Source: Zootoca vivipara
Taxonomy: Eukaryota
Assembly: GCF_963506605.1 (NCBI RefSeq)
Contig: NC_083292.1
Span: forward strand, 26,722,001-26,786,000
Length of the DNA: 64,000 nucleotides
Direction: 5' to 3'
Part shown: positions 1 to 13,600 of the stretch, one piece after another
How positions within the stretch are numbered: the stretch's first letter is position 1
Layout of the letters: each line of letters starts with the position of its first letter
Notes under the pieces: model-generated
Told to the model about the DNA's origin: nothing
What the model saw: the letters and a program-made list of their open reading frames with translations, nothing else
The model's database searches: none
Translations under genes and position numbers: made by a program

Positions 1-33
1 GTTGCAAGTTTCATACCCCAGCACCGGGATTAC

Positions 34-3000
34 CTCGAATATGGTCGGCGTATACTCGTCGTCGATCGAGCGGGTGGATTCCAACTGCTTCTGCCCGCCT
101 CTCTCCTCCACGGTGACGATCTCCAGCGCAAAGCGAGAGCGGTTGCCCCGAGGAGCAACCCCGTGCATGACGAAGTCCACCTTGGAGCTGTTGGCCGTGT
201 GCAGGAGGCGCGGGAGCGGGCCGTCGCGGCTGGTCTCTTCATACGCCGTCACCTGGGGAGCAGCGATGGGGACCGCCAATGGTGAAGAGTTGGCTGGTTA
301 GGCAAGAGAGTCTCAGAGTGGGTGCCCTGCAGTTGCAAGAGACACGCTGTGGCATAGCTGGATAAAAACAGCCCAGGGTGGAGAAGACACAGCTGTCCAG
401 GTTGGACTGCCAACTCTCACAAGCCCCAAACAGTATGGCCAATGGAGGCAATGGGGGCTGGATCAAGCTCGAAGATGGCTGCTGCCGGCTGTGAGAAGGA
501 TCTTTGGATTTTTGGACGGACTTGGCAAGATTCCAGCGTGCGAAGAGACAGTGCTAATTTACAGAGGAATCATAGGCATAAATTCACACAGAAACATATG
601 GTTTGGCCATACTTGCTTGCTCGGAAAACTCGGGGGCTTGAAAGAAGATAGAAGGATTTTAATAAGACTATTGGATAAGATCTGGACTTTAAGAGGCTAT
701 AAGAGGACTAGGCTTTCTGAGTCTGAAGCATGGGAAGTCAAATTTAAATTTGCATAATTTGGCAGAAGATTTTGATTATTTGTTTAATTGATATTTGTAT
801 AATTTGTATACAGTGGGACCTCGACTTACGAATTTAATCCGTTCCGAATGCACACTCGTAGGTCGAAAACTTCGTTAAGTCGAGTTTCCCATGGGAAAAG
901 CGGTTTCCCATGGGAATGCATTGGAAACGAAAAAATTCGTAAGTCGAGGAAACCGCATCTAAAAACTCGTAAGTCGAGGAAACCGCATCTAGCTGCGAAC
1001 GGGTTTTCCATTCGGATGTCGAAAAAATCGTAAGTACGCGGCCACTTTTTCCGCTCGTAACTCGAAAATGTTGGATGTCAAATAGCTCGTAAGTCGAGGT
1101 CCCACTGTAATTTGAAAATGGATTAGATATTTAAATTGGAAAATCTAATAAATATGTTTGTTTTTTAAAAAAGAAGATTCCCCAACCCTCCTCCTTCCAT
1201 TCCTTATATTTCTCTAAGAAGAGCCTGCTGGATCAGACCAGTGGCCCATCTAGTCCAGCATCCTGTTCCCACAGTGGCCAACCAAATGCCCATTATGGGA
1301 AACTTGCAAGCAGGCACCTGAGCACAAGAGGTGTCTCCCCTCTGTGGTTTCCAGCAACTGGTATTCATAAGCTTTGCTGCCCCCAACTATGGAGACAGAG
1401 GATAGTCATCATGGCTAGTAACCATCTAGCTTTCTCCTCCATGAATCGGTCGAATCCTCTTTCAAAGCCATCCAAATGGGTGGCCATGCCTGCCTCCTGT
1501 GGCAGCGAGTTCCATAGTTTAAACTATGCGCAGCCAGAGATGTCCCCCACGCCCTCCCGAAAAAGTGATCTAATTTAGCATGTTTATTTGACTTGCATCT
1601 AGCGAACAAAGTTTGGAAAAAACCGAAGCTGCCTTATATTTATTTGCAACTGACACCCACCCATTGCCGAAGAGAAAAAAAATTCCACCTTGCACCACTG
1701 GTTCGATATACGGCATGATCTGCAACAGCCCGTCATGAGAACACACAGCAACTAGCTACCTGACCTGTCGGAGGGGAAGCCACGCCCTTTTTTTACCTGG
1801 AAGGAGATGCTTCCGTTCCGGAAGGTTCCCCCAGAGTCGGGGCCAACCCCCTGAAACGTCGCTGTCAAAGTAGTCTCATTCAGCCGGCCATCGAGGCTGT
1901 CCCAGGTGAAGTTGGCCAAGTCATAGGTGGGGTAGAAGCTGCTTGCATTAGCTTTGGAGAGATCCGAGGTCTTTGTGCCGTTGTACTCAAACACCTAGAA
2001 ACATCCGTGTTAATGTAGGACGAGCCCAGCTGGATTAGGCCAAAGGAGGCCCCATCTAGTCCAGCACCCTGTTCTAACCAGATGATGTCCTGGAACAGCT
2101 ATATTCTCTTTTCTCCCCACTACTGCCATTCTCATTCCACCCCACCTGGATGACCCCAAACACCACCTCCTGCCTTCATTTCGGACTCTGCAGCCCCCCA
2201 AGCTTACCTTGGAAAAGATGACAGCCATAGAATACAAAACGCTTCCAGCTGGCTCGACCTGGATGGCTCCGGAGGGCGATGGGGAGAGGAGCTGGGTCCA
2301 GTTGACGTGGAGACGACTGCTCTGGCTTCCTGTGTAGACCAGCAACACAGTGGGTGCCCCGATGGTACTCCAGACATAATGGATGGTGTCGTTGAGACCC
2401 ACCGCCCGGACATGCAGGAGGTTCACGGCAGAGCTGTTCCAGCCAGGGTTATACTCCAGGGAGACCTGGGAATGGGTGTTAAATCAGCTTCACAAACGCC
2501 CCGGGCAAAGTCGTCATTACGTATCTTTAGGCATCAGGCACAAACACTTCTTATTTGCCAGGCCTTGGGCTTTTCATTACCTGTGGCCAAAGAGTGTTTC
2601 TCTTATTTATTTATTGCATCCCACCTTCTTTCTTCCAAGGAGTGGAAAATGACATACATTGTCCTCTCCTCCTCCCCATTTTTATCCTCACAACAACCCT
2701 GTTAGGCAGTGACTGGCCCAAGGTCACCTAATGAGCTTCGTAGCTGAGTGCAGATCTGACCCCTGGCCTTGCTAAGGTTTTAGTGTCCAACAGCTCAAGA
2801 GCCACATTCCCACATCTGCGCAATCTTCTGGGAGACACATGCCATGCAAAAATCCCCCCCCCCGTGGTGTAGAGAACTGTCAGAGAAGAGAGTGCTTTGA
2901 GCTTCATTTAGTTTATTTTCAAAGGAATACTACAATCCAAAGCCAATTTAGGATTTAGCAGTTTTGGATTGCAAATCCCACCTGCCTTTGTCAAAACAGC

Positions 3001-5402
3001 TAGAGGACAGCCGGCCGGCAATGGCCATTTCAAAACTCTGAAATATGACCAGATCAGCATACTGTATCTAATTTCCACCTTAAAAAAACAAAAAACAAAC
3101 TGAAAGTATTACAGAACCTAAAAACAAGGAATACTTGCCTTACACATTAGCTCACTAAGAACTTCTTCTAGGGTCGACAACTTTTAGAAGAAAAGAACTT
3201 CTAACCACATTAAGAAAGGCAGTCCAAGACTGTGTTTATTACTCTTCTTTTTGATTCAGTTAGCCCAGCAAATAAGGACAAATCCCTATTTTTAAAAACA
3301 GTAATGTACTGTGAAACCAAAAGTGATTGTGGAACTAAGGGAAGATCACCATTTTCCTTTCTTATATTTTTACTGCAGTGCATTTTGGGCCTTGGTTTTA
3401 AAAACGTCAATAAAAAAGTATTTTTTTTTAACACAAACAAACCTGTAATTTGCCTCAGCCCAAGCAGCTTAGAGTGGGAAAACAGGCAATGAGGTTGGAA
3501 TGTGAGTTTTATTACACCCCAAACACTGACAGGAAGTGAACGGATTTGATTCCCTAACTTTGCAACTTGGTGGTAGTATCTCACCAGGAGAAAAAAATTA
3601 AGTCCCTACAGACTCCTGATCTGGCTTCTAAGTAGGGCATACCAATGCACACCTACATATTTTTCACAGGCCAAAGGCAGGATTTGAGAGTCTGTAACTC
3701 CTGCTTGGGACCCCTGTTGATCTTCTCACCCTCAGAATAAAAAACAGGGCACCAGAAAAGTCTAACACACTGGTGCCCCATCCAGAGATCAGAGGAACAA
3801 GCGGAGATTCCCAGGAGTCAGATTTGGCCCTGCTGCAAGATTTTGGGGAGGCAAAAATCAGACAATGCAGGAACACCCTGTCTTCAAAAAGTTCAGAGTC
3901 TTTATTCTAATTGCGAATCCCAGCTTACAAGATTGGATCTGCCATTTTAAAAACATGCATATGCATCCTTTTTTGCACTTTAACCCCACACTTCCTCCCA
4001 GGAAGCTCAAGGTGGCATATGTATGGCTCTGCTTCCATCTCACCCTCACAACATTACGAGATGGGCCAGGATAAGAGGTGGAGAGCAAGCATTGTTTAGT
4101 TAGTGAACTGAGTGTCAGGCGAGGGGTTCAAATCCCCACTGAGCCATGAAGCTCACTGGGTGACCTTTGTGGCCCAGGCACTTATATTGTGCCTTGCCTA
4201 CCTTACACAGATGCTGTGAGGATAACAGAGAGGGGAAACCATGCCTCCCTGAGCAACTGAGAGGAAGGAGGATTAAAATATAAAACAGAAATGGTGACTA
4301 CCGGTAGTCCCAAGAGGAATCTTGCAGGGCTTTACGACGGAGCAAGGGTTTGGAACTCTTAAAAACACATAGTGGTTAAAAACAACAACTGGCTCCCATT
4401 TGGCAGAACAAGGTTCAAAGTTGGGACTAGTCTTTGAAATGGTTGAAGCCCTGGTCCTAGTCCTAAAATCCACCCACAACACAGCAGTTTTCCTCTCTCT
4501 TCCTGTTTTTCTCATTTTCACTGGACATTCTCTCTCCTGTCCTGTCCCCCACTTTTCTTTCCTTCAACTAGCGTAACAAAGAAAATAAAACATAATAAAT
4601 GTAAATTATCATGTAAACATAAAACTTCAGGTGTTGCTGAACTACATTGCCAGGCGGATGGGCGATGGAGCCCAACACCACCTGTGGGTACACAACATTG
4701 ATCAGGTAGGATTGGAATAGAATCCCTGCCTGAAACCCTGAAATGCCACTGCCAACCGGTGCAGGCAGTACTGAACTAGATGGACGAATGGTCAGACTTG
4801 GTATATGGCAACTTCCTATGATACTAGAAGGAGCCACAGCTCAGTGGGAGAGCACCTGGGTTGTATGTTAAAGGCTCCGAAGTTCAACCCCCAACATCAT
4901 CTCCAGGTAGGGTTGGAATAGACTTCCTGCCCCAAATCCTGGAGAACCATGGCTGCCAGTCAGTGTAGACAATACTGAGCTAGATGGAGCAAGGTCTGAG
5001 CCAGCATAAGGCAGGTAGGGCTGGGAATGTCCCCTGGCCAGAACCCAGGAGAGTTGCTGCTGCCAGTCAGCGCCGGAAACACTGAGCTAGATAGACCAAT
5101 GCTCTGACGCTGCATAAGGCAGCTCCCGAGGCTCCTAGCCTTTCCCAACCTGCCCCTCCACCAGATGTTTTGGACTACAGCTCCAATCAGCCCCAGCCAC
5201 CATGAGCCAGCCCAGGTTGGCAGCGGCTGACCTAACCCAGCCCTCAAACATCCCTTAGAAATAAATCTCCTCCAAGGAGGGCATCCACCCACCGGCCCCT
5301 GGGCCGTCCTACCTTCCTCTTATACCCGGCGGGATCCCCTGCCCGGCTCCCCACCAGCCACAGGAGGGGCAGCCAGACCCAACCGCCGCCGCCTGCCAGC
5401 AT
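34..5402 (-). CDS. GLMP: Glycosylated lysosomal membrane protein (NCU-G1), 5' part. Coding exons 5313-5402, 2208-2465, 1797-1994, 34-252; further exons lie left of the window
   Basis: GT-AG exons, all phase 0 (90/258/198/219 nt). They translate to signal-like MLAGGGGWVWLPLLWLVG..., VSLEYNPGWNSSAVNLLHVRAVGLNDTIHYVWSTIGAP..., ...PRLLHTANSSKVDF...PRGNRSRFALE...SIDDEYTPTIFE, matching GLMP motifs, with many N-x-S/T sequons. Adjacent to CCT3, as in mammals. Confidence 0.93.
811..1107. mobile_element. Tc1/mariner (pogo/Tigger-like) MITE
   Basis: TIRs CAGTGGGACCTCGACTTACGA ... TCGTAAGTCGAGGTCCCACTG flanked by TA on both sides; internal tandem repeat TCGTAAGTCGAGGAAACCGCATCTA. Confidence 0.85.
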
Positions 5403-5430
5403 GTTGCTCCTCCAACTTCCAGGGCTGCAA

Positions 5431-5442
5431 GGTCACGTGACC
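5431..5442. promoter_or_regulatory. CLEAR element (TFEB/MiT-TFE E-box) upstream of GLMP
   Basis: Perfect palindrome GGTCACGTGACC containing GTCACGTGAC, ~30 bp upstream of the ATG of a lysosomal gene. Confidence 0.75.
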
Positions 5443-5809
5443 CCCGCAGCTGATCATTCCGGTTCATTCTTAAAAAGGGAGGAGGCTCTTAAAGGGGCCG
5501 CTGCGTGGAGGAGTCGGCTTGCTGGGTTTCTTTTGTTGGGAGAGAATGGAACGAAACCCGGATTCTTGCAGCAGAAGGAAAAGCACGGAGGCTTGTGGAC
5601 CAGAATAACAATGCCATGGCGCAGGTACAAAGGGCCATCCGTCCCGCATCCTGGCCTCACAATGGGTAATCAAATGCCTCCCCAAAAAGCCTGTCTTTTA
5701 TGTATTCTGTTGGAAGCAACACTATATATGTAAAATAAAGTCATTCACATAGCTCAGAAACTATGGAAGTTGCTCCCACCGCAGGCAGTGATGGCCACAA
5801 ACTTGGATG

Positions 5810-6300
5810 GCTTCGCCTGGTTCTCAGCTACAGCTGTTCCTGTGCAGGGATAGTCTGATCGTTGTATTCCATGCATTGGTAACTTCAAGGCTGGACTACT
5901 GTAATGCACTCGATGTGGAGTTGCCCTTGGGTCTAGTTCAGAAGCTGCAGCTGGTGCAGAGTCTATCAACCAGATTGCTGGTGGGGGCATCTGGCCAAGA
6001 ACATACCGTAGGATATCCTTGTCTGGCTGCCTGTCTACTACCAAGCCAGATTAGTTGACAAAGTCCTGAACTTAGGTCCAGGGTACGTTATATATACCCC
6101 AGCTCCATCAGAGATCATCAGCAGGAGCATCACTGGCCATTCCCTAAGTTGGTGAGGCTCATTTGCAAACAACAGCCTTTAATTTTATCAGCCTAGTATT
6201 GTGGGATACTCTTGTCAATAAAGATGCAGCAGGCACCTTCTGTTTCAACTTTTAAATGCCTTTGAAGTTTTTTATTCCACCAGGCCTATGCAGGTAATTA
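5810..6300 (+). mobile_element. Decayed L2/CR1-clade LINE fragment (RT C-terminal region)
   Basis: Translation contains FHALVTSRLDYCNAL...KLQLVQ, typical of L2 ORF2, with frame disruptions. Confidence 0.7.
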
Positions 6301-6860
6301 AGAGTACATGATTTGTTTTAAACTTGTTTATATGGTATTTACATGTTTTGCCTCTCAAGAGAGTTTGGAAACTTCAGCCAGTCCAGAATTCAGTGGCCAG
6401 GTTGCTCTCCAGGGCAAAACAGTTTGAGCTTATTATACCGATCCTGGGCTGACTGTACTGGCTACCAATTTGTTTTGGGGATGTTTGTAAATTGTTCTCC
6501 AACATCTGACAGTCACGGCAAACTGGATGTAGGCATATATATGCAACTAGGACTACTGAGGAAGACCTGAGGGTCAAAATGTATTTGGTAAGTTTTATGT
6601 CCAGTAGTTCTTGTATGTTGCATGAAGAACAGGGTCTCTATGATTGTGGGGCCAGCACTGTGGAGTGCCCTCTCATATGGTCACCTCACTATATGGCTTC
6701 TGGTGGTTGGTGAAGACCTGGCTTGATTAAGTTGTGCTAAACTGGGGAAAGCTAAACTGGCAATCTGTTCTGGTTTCATCATATCTTTGATAAGGCATCA
6801 ATTATTATTGCTTGATGTTAACCGTTTGGAGTTCCCTTAGGGGAGGAAAAAACAGACATT

Positions 6861-6948
6861 TTCCATTCAAGTACTAACCAGGCCTGACCCTGATTAGCTT
6901 CTGAGATCAGACGAGATCCGGTGTGTTCAGGGTAGTATGGCCGTAGAT
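6861..6948 (-). pseudogene. 3'-truncated 5S rRNA retropseudogene
   Basis: Reverse complement ATCTACGGCCATACTACCCTGAACACACCGGATCTCGTCTGATCTCAGAAGCTAATCAGGGTCAGGCCTGGTTAGTACTTGAATGG matches 5S rRNA nt ~1-87. Flanked by ~18-bp direct repeats GAAAAAACAGACATTTTC / GAAAAAATGGACATTTTC. Confidence 0.9.
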
Positions 6949-6973
6949 GAAAAAATGGACATTTTCAAAAATA

Positions 6974-7161
6974 CAGTGGTACCTCAACATCCGAATGACT
7001 CGACTTCCAAAGGTTTTGACTTCCGAAGTCGGCAAACCCGGAAATCTTGTCGCCGCGTGCGCGTTCTGCGCATGCACAGAACGGGCACTTCGACAACCGA
7101 AGACTTCGACTTACAAAGAGCGCCGCAGAACAGATTGTCTTCGTAAGCCGAGGTACCACTG
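6974..7161. mobile_element. Tc1/mariner-type MITE
   Basis: TA|CAGTGGTACCTC ... GAGGTACCACTG|TA. Confidence 0.8.
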
Positions 7162-7378
7162 TATTTAACTGTATCAATCAGGTGCTTAAGATACATGCAC
7201 AAGACAGACGAGAATGGCTGTACCCCTTGCCCAAGGCAAGCCTGGCTATGCTGGTGTACAAAGTGTGAAACTGCTCCAAAGCAGCTGGATTTGAGACCAC
7301 ACCACAGAAAGAAGTCTCATTACAGCTATGGACAGGAAGAAGTGACAAAGAAAATTGATCTATGAATGTGGTGACATT

Positions 7379-7384
7379 TTTATT
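7379..7384 (-). terminator. CCT3 polyadenylation signal
   Basis: AATAAA on the minus strand ~270 nt after the CCT3 stop codon. Confidence 0.6.
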
Positions 7385-7653
7385 AATAAAGCCACAAAGA
7401 AGCTACAGTATACATTTAAATAAAGCGTCAGTGTCTTCTTAACAGAATGGGGGTAACCAACGCTTCATTGGCCTTCCTTTTTCCTCTCCACTGCAAGCTT
7501 GAAACAAATCAGTATTTGGACACTGAATGCCCTTGAACCCAGGTGGGGGTGGGGAGAGAGAAGAAAAGCAGCACTCGAAATCAATCCAGGTGGTTTCCAT
7601 GTCCTGCTATCCCAGTGCATGGATTTCCCTATAGCTTTCCAAACTCCACAAAA

Positions 7654-10600
7654 TTACTCTTGGGGCCCATCTGGGGCTCCAGGCTGCTGGTGGCTTTGAT
7701 CGTCTCCTTTCTTCTTATGGCCTGAAACAATGTCATCAATACGCAGGAGGAGGACGGCAGTCTAAGGTGGAGAAAAATTTTTGTCAGTAAGAAGAACAAT
7801 CTTGGGAGAGGAAGGATTCCAATCCTATACTCCTGTGATTTGTAAGATAACACACAGAACTTTAAACCTAGTACGATGTTGGCTCCAGGGATTTCATCGA
7901 AACTCAGATTCTATCCAAATGCCCAATTCAACCTTGCATGATCCTAGACTTTCTCCTTGGTGTGCCCAATACTAACATATAACTGGATGATCACCACTCA
8001 TTTTTTTCACCCACATCATGAGCATCAATTAGAACACAGTTTTTACTGTTTCACTGGCTGGAATATAAGCCACACTTTTTTTCCAAATTCCGCCCATGCG
8101 GAATATAAGTGTGCCTTATATTCGTGACTTTATGCGGTGTGCTGCCCGCAGCTCCCAAACCTTCCCCGGCCATCGGGGGGGGGGAGGGGCGGAGGCTGTC
8201 GGCAAAGTGATGGGGCTCTCCCCCCCACCCCACCAATAGCAACTAGGAGCATGGGGCAATGCCATGCAGCCCGCCCGCCACTCCCAAGCCAAGGCTGGGG
8301 AAGGGGGGGGGAGAGACCGCCGGCAAAGTGGTATGACTTCCCCCCTCCAGAGAATAGCCGGGAGCACGGAGCAGCCACACTCAGCCCGCCTGCCATTTCC
8401 AAGCCTTCCCTGAGCTGCCTAAGGAAGGGGGAAGGTGGAAAGGCCACCAGCAAAGCAGCACAGCTCCCCCCCGGAGGCAGCCCAGTTATTTTCTTTTTTC
8501 TCTCTCCCCCCCCTTCAATTTTAAAGGTGCAGCTTATTTGCAGGTGCGTCTTATATTTGTGCCAATACGGTATATTTTATAGATTACAGCAGGCACCCCC
8601 AAGCTGCGGCCCTCCAGATGTTTTGGCCTACAACTCCCATGATCCCTAGCTAACAGGACCAGTGGTTGGGGAAGATGGGAATTGTAGTCCAAAACATCTG
8701 GAGGGCCGAAGTTTGGGGATGCCTGGATTACAGCATGTCCTAAAACAGGTGGGGACATGGGATTAAAGAGATTGGCAACTAAACTAAAAATATAATGCAT
8801 CCAAGTCAGACTAGCAAATTAGGCCGTCTTTTCACTCTCATTATCAAACTTAACCCAAAATATATAAAAGGGTTTTCCAAAGATGTACAACAGGGCTGAA
8901 TAACCCATTGGCTTCCCGATATTTTTGGCCTCCAGCTACCAACAGCCAGCATGGCCAACACTCAGGCATTATATGAGTTGTATGTAGTCTGAAGGGCTAC
9001 AGGTTTCCTCTGCCTGATAAACAGGTTTAGAGAAGCTAGAGGAGCAAAGTTGTGGGGCAGCCAGTAAGAATTCTTACAGTGCTCTTGTATGAACATGGCA
9101 CATAGCAACAGACTGCAGTGGGAAGAAAGTTCTCTCCCAGAAGAGAACTTTGGAATGAAAATTTCACTAGCAATGAACAAGACAGAATTTACACCCACTT
9201 CTTGCAACAAACATTTTTTGGCAGGGGAGTGAAAACTTTGGCTTCCGTGGAATCAGGCTTGTGGTTTCTCTCTTACCTCTACAGCCGTCTTGTAGGTCTG
9301 CAGCTTGACAGACAAAGGCTCCCATATACCCAGCTCCTTCATGTCTGCCAAGGCTCCAGTCTCCCCATTTACTCCCCAGGTCTGACTGCCTTCCTGGGTG
9401 TGCTTGGCCTGTAAGCAACAATAGAAAGTCCTGATGGATACAGTATCAGAAATGCCTGATTTCTACTTATTGATTCAAATGAACAATCCAGTTGCCCCCC
9501 CCCAATACCACGCTTCTGAAAAGCAAGTAATTCCAAAGGTCATGAAGCAGCCCTGTGACCATTCCTAAAGGACTCCCATCTTATCAGCTTACACTCACTC
9601 CCAGATAATTTAACATTTGAGGTTCAAAACTCACAATCTTTTCTGGAATGATTTCTAGGGCCATATTCTAATGCTCACCTACCCGGTCCTCCACTCTGAG
9701 CAGAGAAGTATCATTTCTACTCTGCACAGAGCACCTAGCACAATTCTTCCTTTTGACAATCTTCAGCTATTAGCTACAAGAACAAAAGGAAAGGAATCAG
9801 AAAGGACAGAACAGCAGCAACAGCAAACACATCCCTTACCCGTAGTGAAGTGAGTGTGCGGATGGTACTAGCGCCACAGTTCTGAATCAGGGTCCTGGGA
9901 ATGACTTCTAGGGCCTGGGCAACTGCACGGTAGGGCCACTGCTCCACCCCAGTCATGACCTTCGACCTCTCTGTCAAGGAATGAGCAACGGCCATCTCAG
10001 AAGCACCACCTCCCGGCACAAGCTGAGCATCAACCAGGACATTACGACAGACCTGCATGGCATCCTGGAGGTTGCGCTCCACCTCCTGCAAAAAAGGGGA
10101 AGAAGAGAGTGCAAAGGTTCACATTTCATGGCAAAATGCTTAGCGAACCCGTGAATTTCAAAGGGGAGATGGCTGTGGATCCCCCCCCCCGGGGGGGGGG
10201 AAGCCCTGAACAAAAGTTGTTGCCTGTCTGTCTCCTATTAATGACTGGGTGCTTACCGCCAGAATCTCTTTGCTAGCACCCCGGAGCATAATGGTGCAGG
10301 CCTTGGGCTCCTTGCACTCAGTGATGAATGTAAAGTACTCGTCCCCAATTTTCTTCACTTCAAAAAGCCCTGCCCCAGTCCCAATATCCTCCTCACGCAG
10401 CTCATCTGGGCGGTTGACAATACGAGCCCCGCAGGCCCTGAAGAAAAAGAGCAAAAGACAACACTCCAATGCTGTAGCTCCACATCTGCATCCAAGACTT
10501 TTCCTTGGAGGACAGGCATTACCAACAATTTTGTTTTCTTGCTAGTGGATAATTCTGAAGAGGGGAAAACTGGGTCTCAGAACTGCTGGGAAATTGTGTC

Positions 10601-13600
10601 CTTATCTGCTCTTCAGAGGATTGGCAACTTTTCCTTCAGGACACAAATCAAGCTGGCATCAAATCAGCTGCATTCCTAGCCTGCTCTGCCTGGTTTCAGA
10701 CAAGTTTGCAGTTTTGCAGGTAGGCCAGGCAGTGAAGTTTCCTCCCCCAATCATCCGTGTTTCCTACTAGTGATGTTAGGAAACTTTTAATCCCTTACTC
10801 CCCCTCCCTCACAGCTGGCTTAAGCCATTAAAAGGAAGTTTCCAGAACTTAGCATTCTCCCATGCTTCTAAATTTCCCCCCAAAAGATATATACAACCCT
10901 GACTAAACAGATAGAACATCAGAGCTTTCATCATCAGCCAACATGTAGTAACAAAAAGGGAGAGTAGAAGAGTATTTGGCTCCTCACCACTATGCTCTTC
11001 CCTGGCTAAGATAGCTGCTACCCTAAGGATTAAAAGCAAACTGATGGAATGCAGAAGAAGAGAAAGCACCCTTCGCATGTCATCAAAAACATGTCCCTTC
11101 ACTTCAGCATTACTAGCTTGTATTGATAAAAAAATCAAAAACAAAAATCAGTTTTGCAATCACCTTGCAATCCGGTTATTGTCAGTTTTCCTCACCCGAC
11201 GTATGGCAGTGATATTGGCTCTCATTAGAAAATGTTGTGCCAGGTCTGGAAAAAAAAAAAATTAAGTACAATGCAATGGCAGGGAGGCGAGAAAATTTTA
11301 ATAACCAGATGTTTACCCACATAAACACACTTTGGTGTTTACCTGATATTCCCTTCTCTGTGATGATGAGATCTGGTTTGACTTTGATCAAGTGCTCACA
11401 CATCTGATGAATAAACTCCTCCTCCATCTGCAGGATGCGAGCAAAGTCTTCCTCACGAGTTATTTCAATGTCAGTCTGCATAAAAGAAGAAAAGTGAGAT
11501 TTATACTCCAATGGGCATATTTGGTTATTTCATAAACTTTTGCTTATTTCATTATTTGCTGCCTTTTAGGCCAAAGCATCCTCCACTAACTGCAAAGTTA
11601 AATATGCATCCTCCACTAACTGGAAAGTATATCTCCCGACCACTTTGACAATATAAGAGGTACCATACATAAAATGGTGGGTCAACTTTTCCCAACCTGA
11701 TACCCTCTTGATGTTTTGGACTACAACTTCCATCAGCTTCAGCCAGCACACAGCCAGCACACTTTACCTTCTAAGGTACAAGAAAACATAAATCAATGGA
11801 GACTGCTGAGGGCATGATGAGTCTGTATCATTTGATCACAAATTATAATCTCAATTATTGTTTAGATGGCTAGCTCTTTCCTTTCTTATACAGTCATACC
11901 TCGGGTTGCGTTCGTTGCGGGTTGCGTATTTTCGGGTTAAGTACTCGGCGGACATGGAAGTGTTTACTTCTGGGTTTCGCCGCACGCGCACGCGCATAAC
12001 CGTTCTGCGCACATGCACAGAAGCGCTTTATTGGCGCTTCGCGCATGCGCTAAAGCACCGCTCGGGTTGAGTACGTATAACTGCGAAACCCAACACTGGG
12101 TGCACAACTTTGATGCCGGAGCATACAGATTTTTTATTTTTACTACTGGGAACACAGGAGTGCCTGACATTTTGCTGTTATTTGTATAAACACAAACAGT
12201 CTCACACTCCAATACCAGGACACGACAGCAGTCTTTTTACATCCAAGGATTTCTCTGCACTTACAATTAACCCCACAGTGTATTAATCTACCTATATATG
12301 AGCTTAATATATAGAAGCATGGGAAATTGAAAACTCTTGCTCCATATGTATGAACATATCAAGTTTTGGGTTGAGTACTTTTTGGGGTGCAAACAGCACC
12401 CCAGAACAGATTGTGTATTCAACCCCCGGTACTACTGTATCTTGAATTGTATCTTTTGTATTCTGAACTGATAACAATAAGAATAGAATGTTTTAAAAGA
12501 TGTGAGAAGTGATTGGGTTCAACCCATTCCAGCCCTTAGCACTGAAGGGCAGATGAGACTTGCATCCCAACATACCTGACTCTCGCCTTTCTTGTACTCC
12601 AATGAGCAATCCAGCAAGATGATGCGGGGGTTCTTGATGGTGCGACGCATCCGGGGGTGAGTGATGTCTTTATTGATCATGACCCCACGCAGGACACATG
12701 AATCCTCAATAAAGCCACCGGGAATCTGGATGAGGCAAAGAGGACATCCACAAGTCAGGAACAATAGAAAAGTGGGAGAAAGGCAATCTCTTTTGTATTT
12801 GTTGCTACGAAGGCATGTACGTGGTAATGCATGTGGCTGTGTTTTATTATAACCTTCCCTTTGTTTTGACTGTAAATATGCGATTTAGTCCTGCTGGCCA
12901 CATGACCTGTAAAACTGACTGTGGACAAACGCCAGCTCCCTCGGCCTGAAAGCAAGATGAGCGCCACAACCCCATAGTCCCCTTTGACTGGACTTAACCA
13001 TCCAGGAGTCCTTTACCTTTTGGTATTGGTTATAAACTATGCTTTAAACAATATTCTGGCTCTGAGAGAAAGGCTCTTCTATACTTGAAAGCAAATATGA
13101 ACTCAGAAGGATCAATCTATATTCGTTCTCTGTATTTTTGTTTATTTCACAAATGTAAGATGGTGTCAGTTATTCCTAAGGGGCTTCAAATCATTTTCTT
13201 CCAGGCCTTCAAAAAGCAGTATATTTTTTCCTTTGTACCTTTTCCACTTTGGCATATTTCTTGATGTCAATTTCCTTCCTGCCATTCTCTTCAAACTCCA
13301 CTGTCCTGACTGCATCGAGGGCAATGGTACAGGCCAGATCTGACCAGTGACTGATAGCCTTTGTGCTGATGGCACTCTTGATTATTTTAAGCATGGCTTC
13401 TCGGTTGCCAATGTCGACTGGAGTGCTGCAAAAACCAAGCATAAAGCATGTCATCCAGAAGACAAAGAATAGAACTTTATGCAGTTCACTGATGCCCCAG
13501 CTACATGTTTCAACTTTATTTTGATTTGTAATACTTTGCTCTTATCAAAGATGCTTAAACCAAGTCAGCTATTTCATCTACCCCAATACTGTCCATTCTG

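Noticed and set aside
10181-10200. C10G10 palindrome in CCT3 intron 11
   Set aside because: Simple homopolymer juxtaposition, prone to sequencing error; no supporting context.
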